A stretch of 64,000 nt of DNA from Phycisphaerales bacterium (GTDB lineage: Bacteria; Planctomycetota; Phycisphaerae; Phycisphaerales; JAGLTS01). The notes beneath the pieces were generated by a model. The model did no database searches. It saw only the letters and a program-made list of their open reading frames with translations, and was not told the origin of the DNA. The position numbers and the translations under genes were made by a program. Shown here in pieces: positions 51,678 through 59,678 of the stretch (within the stretch, counting starts at the first letter, position 1; every line of letters begins with the position of its first letter). Where the stretch lies: NCBI GenBank assembly GCA_023135165.1, contig JAGLTS010000060.1:166-64165 (forward strand), given 5' to 3'.

Positions 51678-53488
51678 CTCCTCACCACATCGCTACAGGT
51701 AGCTTCACTCGCCGAGTCCGGTCAGCTGCCTCACAGCCCAGGGGATCCGGGCTTGGCGCTGGTGGACAGCGCGACCTGCTGAGTGATGTTGCCTACTGTC
51801 TGGAGCACGATCTGTGCCGCGACCGCTTTGGCCACCGCTGCCTGGAGCTCTACGGCTTAGGCAGCGCTGATTCACAGATCGCTGCCGAACTGCATCGCCG
51901 TGCCGCTCGACACCAGTACGAGGCGGCGCTTGGCATGGCTGGACCCTTCCGTGATCCGCATCTGCCAAGTCGCGAGTTGATTCTGAGCGCTCGAGACGGA
52001 GCGCCGAGCGCGGGCATCCCCTTGTCACTGCTCCTGGCCGGAACCCTTCTCATTGCCACGACCGGCGGAGGGAAGACGACGCTGATTGAATTCCTGCTGC
52101 TGCAGATCACCGCTTTCGTTGATTCCATCTGGATGACTGATCTCTACAAGAAGCGGCTGCGGCACCTGCGACCTTTCTTGGGTCGTGTGGGCAAGGACCT
52201 GGTGATACTCAACCATGAGACACTTCGTCTCAATCCCTTGCAGGCGGAGGGCTGCGACCCCCGCACGCACTTGACGCTTGTCGTCGATCTCCTGCAGCGC
52301 TCGCTCGATCTACCCCCACGAGCTGTGACGATCATCCGGCAAGCTTGTCTGGAACTCTACGATCGTTTCGGCGTGTTCCGGCAGGAGCGGCCGCTGTATC
52401 CAACGCTCTTTGATCTCTACGAGCATGTTCGGAGTGCACCCCGGCTGAACCCTGCGGCGAGAGAGGCGATCCTTGACAGGCTGGGAGCCCTTCTCACTTC
52501 GCTCTCGGCCGAGTGCCTGGCTTACAGGAGAGCGTGGTCGCCTCTTGACCTATCTCGTCGCATGATCGTCTTCGAGCTGCGCGGACTGAGTGAGCCCGCC
52601 AAGTCGCTGGTTCTCAGCCACTGCATCTTCAGCGTCTTCCATGCCGCCTTGGAACGGGGCCGACGGGCATCGGGCTTGGAGCAACTGATCGTTCTGGAAG
52701 ACGCTCAGCGAATCCTGGCTGGCAGAGCTTCGACCAGCGCCGATTTGCCTCCTCTTGAAGAGCTCGTGGGGGTTGTGCGTGAGTCGGGACGCGGTCTGCT
52801 CTTCAGCGCCCAGACCATGGCAGGCTTGCCGCGCGGCATCGCGGCCAACACCAACCTCAAGATCATGGGAGCACTTGGCCGGTCGGAGGATTACGCCGCC
52901 CTCGGTGGCGACATGGGGATGGATCGCGAGCAGATTGCCTGGGCTAAACAGAACTTGCGTCCTGGACGCTTCATCGGCCAAGTGGGTCTGGGCAACTGGC
53001 GGAGACCGTTCCTCCTGGAGATCCCGCCAGTCCATGTGCCGGCAACGGTGAGCGACGAAGATGCCAGAGACAGCGTGCAAGCCCTGGCGGATCTGGAACT
53101 GGTCCCTGCGACCGAGTTCATGAATTGGACGCCGTATGCGTCGGTCTCTGTCGACACCAACCAGTCGCCCGCGCCAGCCGCAAGCAACGGTGATGCGGAG
53201 GAGGGACCGGACACGGGCGGGAATGATGATCTGGAACTGGATGAGGCGGAGCTGCGATTCCTGCGCGCCGTTGTGGAGCATCCAGGCGAGCCCTCCAGCC
53301 ATTACGCCAAGTATGCCCATCTGAACACGAGCCGAGCCGCCGCTATCCGCAAGCGGCTGGTGGAGCGTGGTTACCTGCGCCTTCATTCGGTGGCGACCGG
53401 TCGGCGAGGTCGTAAGTCGCTCGTCGTTGAACCGCTTGAGCCCGCCCTCCGTGGAGTTGAGGCCAACGCAGACCAGGGAGGCAACTGA
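51674..53488 (+). CDS. HerA/FtsK/VirD4-like ATPase with a C-terminal winged helix
   Basis: ATTGGGKTT, LNPL, PTLFDL, IVLEDAQR and RESG..FSAQ. Confidence 0.8.
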   Translation: MTPHHIATGSFTRRVRSAASQPRGSGLGAGGQRDLLSDVAYCLEHDLCRDRFGHRCLELYGLGSADSQIAAELHRRAARHQYEAALGMAGPFRDPHLPSRELILSARDGAPSAGIPLSLLLAGTLLIATTGGGKTTLIEFLLLQITAFVDSIWMTDLYKKRLRHLRPFLGRVGKDLVILNHETLRLNPLQAEGCDPRTHLTLVVDLLQRSLDLPPRAVTIIRQACLELYDRFGVFRQERPLYPTLFDLYEHVRSAPRLNPAAREAILDRLGALLTSLSAECLAYRRAWSPLDLSRRMIVFELRGLSEPAKSLVLSHCIFSVFHAALERGRRASGLEQLIVLEDAQRILAGRASTSADLPPLEELVGVVRESGRGLLFSAQTMAGLPRGIAANTNLKIMGALGRSEDYAALGGDMGMDREQIAWAKQNLRPGRFIGQVGLGNWRRPFLLEIPPVHVPATVSDEDARDSVQALADLELVPATEFMNWTPYASVSVDTNQSPAPAASNGDAEEGPDTGGNDDLELDEAELRFLRAVVEHPGEPSSHYAKYAHLNTSRAAAIRKRLVERGYLRLHSVATGRRGRKSLVVEPLEPALRGVEANADQGGN

Positions 53489-54006
53489 TGCGGGGAGGCT
53501 TCCTGCACAACACGGTCCTGATTACACCAATCGAGCAGTTCTTCTGCGAGCTTGCCGCTTGTGTCTCGAGGGAACATCCGATTCGCCCGGGTCGAGGTGC
53601 GCCTGCGGTTGACCTCTTCATTGAACTTCAGCACGAGCGGATCGTGGTGGAAGCGGAGCTCACGGCAAGGCGAATCACCGTCGCCTTGAAGAAGGCCCAG
53701 ACCCTCGAAGCGACCCATCTTCTCATCATCACCCCCACGAGCAGGACCGCTGAGAGGGCGAGGTACTTGCTGGTCGAAGCGGATCCCAAATGGTTGCCAA
53801 AGCGTCTTTGGATTCTGCCGCTGGGGCCTGCATTGCAAGCACTTCGGGATTGTTATCTGCATCCACCAGTCGCGAACTACACAACCCCAACCCCCACGAC
53901 CCCCACCTCCACGACCCTCACGAGTTCCACGAGTCCCACCCTCGCGAGTCCTCAAGTAGCCGCAGCGGATCTCTTCACCGGCAAGCAGAGGAGGACTCGG
54001 CAATGA
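53488..54006 (+). CDS. PD-(D/E)XK nuclease-like protein
   Basis: H..REHP..AVDLFIE..RIVVEAE; parallels the C-terminus of the 41166 ATPase. TGATG coupling. Confidence 0.6.
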   Translation: MRGGFLHNTVLITPIEQFFCELAACVSREHPIRPGRGAPAVDLFIELQHERIVVEAELTARRITVALKKAQTLEATHLLIITPTSRTAERARYLLVEADPKWLPKRLWILPLGPALQALRDCYLHPPVANYTTPTPTTPTSTTLTSSTSPTLASPQVAAADLFTGKQRRTRQ

Positions 54007-54269
54007 TCATCCGCTGGCGGCGCATCCTGGGACTGCTGATCTTCGCAGCGATCGTGACGATCGTGGTGAGGAAGTGGGATCGGCTCGGCCTTGCCTTCGG
54101 ATCGATCACGCTCACCGAACTGGGATACCGCTACGGACGTGGAGGTCTGCCCGATCAGCTGACGCTGCTGGTGTGGGCACTCGTGCTCGTTCTCGTGGGG
54201 GTGCTCATTGGGAAGGCCGCCTGGGGTGGTCACGCGACGCGCCAAGGTCGCCGGGGGACTTCGAAGTGA
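54003..54269 (+). CDS. Small two-TM membrane protein
   Basis: MIIRWRRILGLLIFAAIVTIVV and LLVWALVLVLVGVLI. ATGA overlap and GAGGA RBS. Confidence 0.7.
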   Translation: MIIRWRRILGLLIFAAIVTIVVRKWDRLGLAFGSITLTELGYRYGRGGLPDQLTLLVWALVLVLVGVLIGKAAWGGHATRQGRRGTSK

Positions 54270-54317
54270 TTCTCGTGGGGGTTGTGTCGGTTTGGATTCA
54301 TGTCAAGGAGATTCATC

Positions 54318-54572
54318 ATGAGACGAGTATTTGTGAACGGACAAGAAGTGACTGTGCCTGTGGACTACGACGGTTGCATTGACGCGGACGAACTGCGTGA
54401 ACTCGCAGGCATCGAGCGCAGCAGGCCGTTGCTGCTCAAACGGCTGGATGGCGGTAACGAGGTCATCAATCCTGGCGAGACGGTATCGGTGCGTCCGGGC
54501 CAGCACTTCCAGGACATGCCGCTGCACAAGCGAGGGGTCGGCCATGAGACCATTGCCGCATCTGCTGCATGA
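54318..54572 (+). CDS. Ubiquitin-like (beta-grasp) protein with a C-terminal extension
   Basis: VFVNGQEV..DELRELAGI..LLL..V.PGE.V.V..G.HF..HKRG plus 11 further residues. AAGGAG RBS. Adjacent to E2 and JAB-E1 genes. Confidence 0.75.
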   Translation: MRRVFVNGQEVTVPVDYDGCIDADELRELAGIERSRPLLLKRLDGGNEVINPGETVSVRPGQHFQDMPLHKRGVGHETIAASAA

Positions 54573-54927
54573 CCTGGAGGCGCTCAGTCTGGGCTATCGC
54601 TTGTCTGTCGCTCGCGATTACCGTTCGGTGATCGCCCACGGCTTCAAGCTGCCGCCTGGATACGGCAGGTCAACCGTTGATGTGCTTTTTGAGGTGCCCC
54701 GTCGCTATCCGCGTCGGCCCCCAGGTGTGGCTTCGAGGGTGTACCTGCCACCTGACCTGCGCTTCCACGGTCGCACGCTCAAAGACGTGCACCCGGGAGT
54801 TACGCCAGGCTGGGGCAACTGGGCCTGGCTCTGTTACGAGTGGATTCGTTGGGATCCTCGGACAGATGACCTGATCAAGTTCCTGGAGATGGTCCGGGCG
54901 GATCTGACGAATCCATCCACGAAGTGA
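54544..54927 (+). CDS. Prokaryotic E2/UBC-fold protein
   Basis: FKLPPGY..VDVLFEVP..YP..PP and WAWLC..WDP..DDL.KFL. Contains a single Cys. Confidence 0.78.
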   Translation: MRPLPHLLHDLEALSLGYRLSVARDYRSVIAHGFKLPPGYGRSTVDVLFEVPRRYPRRPPGVASRVYLPPDLRFHGRTLKDVHPGVTPGWGNWAWLCYEWIRWDPRTDDLIKFLEMVRADLTNPSTK

Positions 54928-54946
54928 CTCAAGGAGGATACTTACG

Positions 54947-56767
54947 ATGAAAGAGCATTCAGAAGAGCAGTGTTCAGCACTGAAAGACCAGGTGATCGTG
55001 CGGATCGGCAAGTGCCACAGCGACATCCTGACGGAGCATCTGCGGCGGGATCCCCACACGGAGCAGTTCGCGTTCCTGCTGGCGAGCCGGGTAGAGGGTC
55101 CCGAACTGACGATTCTCATCGTCCGAGATGTGCTTCTGCCCGGCCCAGGTGACCTCAGCGAGCAGAGCGCGGGGGGCGTGGCTCCAACGCCTGCCTTCCA
55201 ACGTCTTGTGTACACCATGGCCGAGGCCGTGGGGCTCAACATCATTGATGTGCACACGCACCTCCATCCGGGACGACCTCGCTTCAGCAGCATTGATACG
55301 ACGGTTGCTGCCGCCAACGGCCGTTACATCGGCGAGCACTTTGAGGATGATCGGATAACCCACGTCATGATCGTCTTCGGCAACGACGTGCGGTTCCACG
55401 ATGCGGTGATCTTCGACCGATCCACAGGCAAGCGCTGCAAATGTGAGATTGATCATGGAGGAGGGAGCGACGAACTGATCTGCGGATCGAGTCATGCCCG
55501 AGCTGCTCGCCGCTGCACGGGGGTTCGGTGTCGCGGGCAGGCTCGGCAGGAGCGCAGATGCACTCGCAGGGCTCGTGGGGCTCGTGAAGGTCGTGGGGGT
55601 CGTGGAGGTGGGGGTCGGTACCGCACGATTGATCGGATCGAGATCCTGGGCCGGGGGATGGAGTTGCGGGAGACGAAGGCACGGAGAGAAGCTGTGGGCA
55701 AGAAGGGAGAGCTGTCGGAGCGATTCGCTCGGCAGAGGCTCGTTCCCGGCTGGGAGCAGGAGTGCCTTGCGAAGCAACGGATCGTGATCGTGGGTGCGGG
55801 CGGTAACGGGGCACCGCTTTACCAGACGCTGCTCTCGCTTGGCGCAGGATCGGAGGGGTGGCTGGCAGTTGTTGATCCGGATGTGATCGAAGCCTCCAAC
55901 TTGCCCCGGATCCCCTACGCAACGACCGATGTCGTCGCAGAGACGGGGGCCGCATCGGCGCAGGATCTTGCGGGACTCGTGGGAGTGGGGGGTGTGGGGG
56001 TCGTGGGTGTCGTGGGGGTGGGGAAGGTGGAGATGGCGGCGCGATACGCCCGAGTGCGTGCCCCTGGGACACGAGTGCTGACATATGCAGTCGAAGCAGC
56101 GGATGAGGCGGTGCTGGCGCGGATCAAGGAAGCGACGCTGCTGATTGGAGCCGCCGACAACGATGGGGTGAGGGAGCTCTTGAACGAGTGCTCGGTTCGC
56201 TATCTCATCCCGTACATTGATCTGGGCTGTGACATCCAGGTTGATGATGCAGGTTGGATCGTTGGTGGCCAGGTGCGTGTAGTCATCCCCGGTGAGACGG
56301 CTTGCCTGCTTTGCTGTGATGGGTATGACCCAGCGCAGGCAGCACTGGACACGATGGATCCGAAGAGACGGGCCGAGCATGCTTCGATCGGGTATGTGCG
56401 TGGGTCTGATGCTCAGGCCCCTACTCCCTCGATCGCCAACCTCAATGCGATGACCGCCCAGCTCGGCGTCGCGGCTGTGCTGTCGCTGGTGCACGGCCCT
56501 GAGTTCGGTGCCTGGGATTACGTCCACTTCGATCCGGTGAAGGGGGAGATGGTCTCGGCGAGCAGCAAGCCCCGGCCGGATTGCCCGCTGTGCGGTGCTC
56601 ATGGTCTTCTTGGCGCTGGGGACTGTGGCGACGAATCGGAGGAGGCTAACGCCGCCGCCGCAGATGACATAGCCGATGGAACTGCGATGGCGCCATGGCC
56701 GGTTGGATCGTCGCTGTCTCATGAGGCAGCGGGAGCTACCGAGGAACAAGAGCATGACGAGTGCTGA
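54947..56767 (+). CDS. JAB peptidase-ThiF/E1 fusion
   Basis: JAB: E.FAFL, DVHTH, FSSID. E1: RFARQ, VGAGGNG, DPD.IEASNLPR, GKV, AADN..R, CLLC, CPLC. Confidence 0.87.
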   Translation: MKEHSEEQCSALKDQVIVRIGKCHSDILTEHLRRDPHTEQFAFLLASRVEGPELTILIVRDVLLPGPGDLSEQSAGGVAPTPAFQRLVYTMAEAVGLNIIDVHTHLHPGRPRFSSIDTTVAAANGRYIGEHFEDDRITHVMIVFGNDVRFHDAVIFDRSTGKRCKCEIDHGGGSDELICGSSHARAARRCTGVRCRGQARQERRCTRRARGAREGRGGRGGGGRYRTIDRIEILGRGMELRETKARREAVGKKGELSERFARQRLVPGWEQECLAKQRIVIVGAGGNGAPLYQTLLSLGAGSEGWLAVVDPDVIEASNLPRIPYATTDVVAETGAASAQDLAGLVGVGGVGVVGVVGVGKVEMAARYARVRAPGTRVLTYAVEAADEAVLARIKEATLLIGAADNDGVRELLNECSVRYLIPYIDLGCDIQVDDAGWIVGGQVRVVIPGETACLLCCDGYDPAQAALDTMDPKRRAEHASIGYVRGSDAQAPTPSIANLNAMTAQLGVAAVLSLVHGPEFGAWDYVHFDPVKGEMVSASSKPRPDCPLCGAHGLLGAGDCGDESEEANAAAADDIADGTAMAPWPVGSSLSHEAAGATEEQEHDEC

Positions 56768-57047
56768 GCCCAACTCGAGCCGGTTTGCCGAGGAGTTGCT
56801 CGAACAAGCCGAAGCGATCGAACGAGCCGAGCATGAGATCCGTCAGGAGGTGCTGCGCTTGGCCCGTCAGGGCGATGTTGAGGACATCGAGCGCCTGGTG
56901 TTGCGTTGGTGCGAGGGACCGGTTGAGAAGGTACTCGCCCAGCCTGAGAGAAGCCCGTCCAAGTGCCAGAGGAGGGCTACACGCCGCAAGGACGCGGCTG
57001 GACGGCCCCCACGGCCCCCACGGCCCCCAGGTGCCCCCACGGCTTGA
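56754..57047 (+). CDS. Small helical hypothetical protein upstream of the recombinase
   Basis: Overlaps the E1 end. Acidic helices with a repeat-derived Pro/Arg tail. Confidence 0.55.
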   Translation: MTSAEPNSSRFAEELLEQAEAIERAEHEIRQEVLRLARQGDVEDIERLVLRWCEGPVEKVLAQPERSPSKCQRRATRRKDAAGRPPRPPRPPGAPTA

Positions 57048-57178
57048 AGGTGGCCCACGGAGCCCCCTTCCGGCGGCTTGTAGGCGTTCGTCGGGTAGGT
57101 CCTTGACTTCCTGGGCGAACTAAGCGTCTTGGTAGCCAAACGGCCCTCACGAATTGGGCTGAAACCGGAGCGATCGAG

Positions 57179-58741
57179 ATGCGCGTTGTGGCGATGTTCA
57201 GGGTGTCTACCGAGCAGCAGGCAGAGCAGGGAGCCTCGCTCGACGCCCAGGAACGCCACTACCGACAGCTTGCCCAGCGGGAGAGATGGGAGACGGTCGC
57301 CACCTTCCGCGGCTGCGAGTCCGCCACTCAGGCTGCGAAGGAGAGGGACGTTCTGCAGCAGGTGTTGGCCTGCATTCGGGCCGAAAAGCCGGACGCAGTC
57401 TACATCCATGAGCAGTCGCGCCTGACGCGTGGGGATGAGCTGGACGCCGCTCTGCTCTTCCGCGAGTTACGGGAGCAACGAACCAAGGTCATCATAGGCG
57501 GTGTGGTACGAGACCTAGAGAGCATCGATGAACGCTTTATGCTCGGCATTCAGAGCTTGGTCGATCGGACTGAGTCGGAGCGGATCCGCGAGCGCATGGA
57601 CCGGGGCAAGCGCGAGAAGGCCAGACAGGGAAGACGAGGAAGCGGCTTTGCCCCCTATGGCTACCACAATCCACTTCGCGGTGATCCGGAACACGGCAAG
57701 CTGAAGATGGTGTTGGAGGAGGTAGCAGTCGTTCGACGCATCTTCGAGCTTGCTGCCAAAGGGCTGAGCACCCTGAGCATCGCTCGGACTCTGAATGCTG
57801 AGAGCGTCCGCGCTCCTCGCGGAGGTACTTGGGGAAAGACGACGATCAGGCGAATCCTCGACAATCCGAGCTACCTCGGGGTGCTGGCCAGCTTTGCCTG
57901 GAAGCCGATGAGGAAAGGAAGCCGCTGCTACAAGCTGGACCTGGGGAGCACGGACGCCATCATCGTCCCCGATGCACACGAAGCCATCATCGATCGCGAG
58001 CTCTGGGACGCGGTCCACGCCCTGCCCAAGGTTAGGCAAACGAAGCGGGCCTACATGCTGACAGGGCTACTCCACGTCGACGGCCGCCGTCTGGCCTGCG
58101 ACTCGTCACGTGGTCGGTCCTTCTACCGGAGCCGTGATGGGCGGGGTCCTGGTCCCTGGCTTCCTGCCAAGGAAACTGAGGATGCCATCTGGAAGGCATT
58201 CGTCTCCTTGACAACTGGTCCTGAGTTCGTGGCGAGCATGATCAAGACGGCGCAGCGGCGACAGCCGCTCCAGGAGTTGAACGAGCAGATCCGCAGGCAG
58301 GAGAAACAGGTCCCTCGTTTGCGAAGGCGCCTGGACCGCCTCATCGACATGCGAGCCGACGGCGAGATCTCCAAGGACGTGTTCCAGCACAAGAGCCGTG
58401 AGGCGGAGGAAGCGCTGAAGAGCGCCGAGGAAATACTCCGTGAGCTCCGACGACGGATTGCTTCCACCGATAGCTCACAGGCGGAACGCGTGGTCAAGGC
58501 AATCAGGCTCCTGATCGGTGATCCTCGCAGACTCAGCGTCAAGGAAAAGAAGAACCTACTTCACGCCATGGTGAACCGCATCGACATCCAAGCGGAGCGG
58601 GTCATCCGCACGCAATCTCGCAACTCAAAGGGCAGCTTCGGACCGGGACCGCATGCCAAGTGGATCGTCAGAGACATCACCTTCGAGCTCCAACTGCCCG
58701 GCGATGACCGTAGCCGAGGAGTGGACACATCTTGCTCATGA
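57179..58741 (+). CDS. Large serine recombinase (integrase)
   Basis: RVSTEQQ..SLDAQ, SRLTR, APYGY, IARTLN, ILDNPSYLG, HEAII..W and a coiled coil. The stop codon is supplied by comM sequence across attR. Confidence 0.93.
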   Translation: MRVVAMFRVSTEQQAEQGASLDAQERHYRQLAQRERWETVATFRGCESATQAAKERDVLQQVLACIRAEKPDAVYIHEQSRLTRGDELDAALLFRELREQRTKVIIGGVVRDLESIDERFMLGIQSLVDRTESERIRERMDRGKREKARQGRRGSGFAPYGYHNPLRGDPEHGKLKMVLEEVAVVRRIFELAAKGLSTLSIARTLNAESVRAPRGGTWGKTTIRRILDNPSYLGVLASFAWKPMRKGSRCYKLDLGSTDAIIVPDAHEAIIDRELWDAVHALPKVRQTKRAYMLTGLLHVDGRRLACDSSRGRSFYRSRDGRGPGPWLPAKETEDAIWKAFVSLTTGPEFVASMIKTAQRRQPLQELNEQIRRQEKQVPRLRRRLDRLIDMRADGEISKDVFQHKSREAEEALKSAEEILRELRRRIASTDSSQAERVVKAIRLLIGDPRRLSVKEKKNLLHAMVNRIDIQAERVIRTQSRNSKGSFGPGPHAKWIVRDITFELQLPGDDRSRGVDTSCS

Positions 58742-58746
58742 TCGGC
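58706..58746. other. attR junction (P arm GGACACATCTTG, CT core at 58735-58736)
   Basis: Reverse complement of the attL arm; comM resumes at CTC ATG ATC GGC. Confidence 0.9.
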
Positions 58747-59595
58747 CCGGCGGGGACGGGCAAGACGATGCTCGCCAAGGCGCTGCCCGGCATCCTGCCT
58801 CCCATGACGCGACACGAAGCGATCGACGTCACACGCATCTGGTCAACCGTCGGCCTCATCAGCGACGGCGAGTCGATCGTTCGACGCAGACCCGTCCGTG
58901 CGCCGCACCACACCGCATCGGCCGTCGCCATCGTCGGCGGCGGGTCGATTCCCAGGCCCGGTGAGGTGAGCCTGGCGCACCACGGCGTCCTGTTCCTCGA
59001 CGAGTTGCCCGAGTTCGGCAGGGGCGTCCTTGAAACGCTTCGTCAGCCGCTCGAAGACCGCACCGTCACCGTGGCGCGTGCGCATTCGACCGCACGCTTC
59101 CCCGCCGGCTTCATGCTTGTCGCGGCGATGAACCCCACCGCGCGCGGCGACCTGCCCAGCCCGAACGATACAGCTGGCCTGCGCGAGATGGAGCGGTACC
59201 TGGGCAAGCTGAGCGGACCGTTGCTGGATCGCATCGACATTCACATCGAAGTCCCGCGCGTCCCGTTCGCAACACTGCGACGCCGGGCAGGCGGCGCGAC
59301 GACCGCCGAGCTGCGCGAGCGCGTCCTCGCTGCACGCCGGGCGCAACGAGAGCGTCAGGGCGAGCAGCCCAACGCATTCCTCACAGGCAAGCAACTCAAC
59401 ACGCTCGCAGCGTTTGACGGTGAGGCGGAGCGTCTGCTCGGTCAAGCGATGACGGAGATGCGCCTTTCAGCACGCGCCTACGACAAGATCCGCCGAATCG
59501 CACGCACGATCGCCGACCTTGGCGGCGAGGAGGCGATCGGCATGTCGCATGTCGCCGAGGCAGTGCAGTACCGTCTGCTGGACCGGCAGTTCTGA
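58735..59595 (+). pseudogene. comM: comM 3' part (AAA+ domain)
   Basis: MIGPAGTGKT, RAPHHTAS, PGEVSLAHHGVLFLDELPEF, LRQPLE, SGPLLDRID and ARTIADL. Confidence 0.93.
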
Positions 59596-59678
59596 ACAGC
59601 GGTGCGCCGCGCAATCTGTTGTTTTTGAGTCAACATCAAAGCCCAGGAAAAGCCCCTCCTGGACTTGTGTCATCGGGC

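Larger units (their letters stand above)
51600..57041. repeat. Dispersed CCCCCACG(A)-based repeat family, in both orientations
   Basis: The 28-bp ACCCCCACGACCCCCACCTCCACGACCC is identical at 51600 and 53890. Its 21-bp core is inverted near 55597-55617. Degenerate copies lie at ~54193, ~54273, 55970-56023 and 57004-57041. Confidence 0.8.
4599..58736. mobile_element. ~54.1 kb integrative element/genomic island inserted in comM by a large serine recombinase
   Basis: Removing 4601-58736 restores in-frame CAC AAC ATC CTC ATG ATC GGC (HNILMIGPAGTGKT). The joined ends give GGACACATCTTG-CT-CAAGATGTGTCC. The recombinase gene lies at the right end. Confidence 0.93.

Noticed and set aside
51600..57041. 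CRISPR array
   Set aside because: The repeats are short, degenerate and irregularly spaced, have no unique 30-40 bp spacers, and no cas genes are present.
4601..58736. Prophage or classical ICE
   Set aside because: No recognisable capsid, terminase, tail, relaxase or mating-pair genes.
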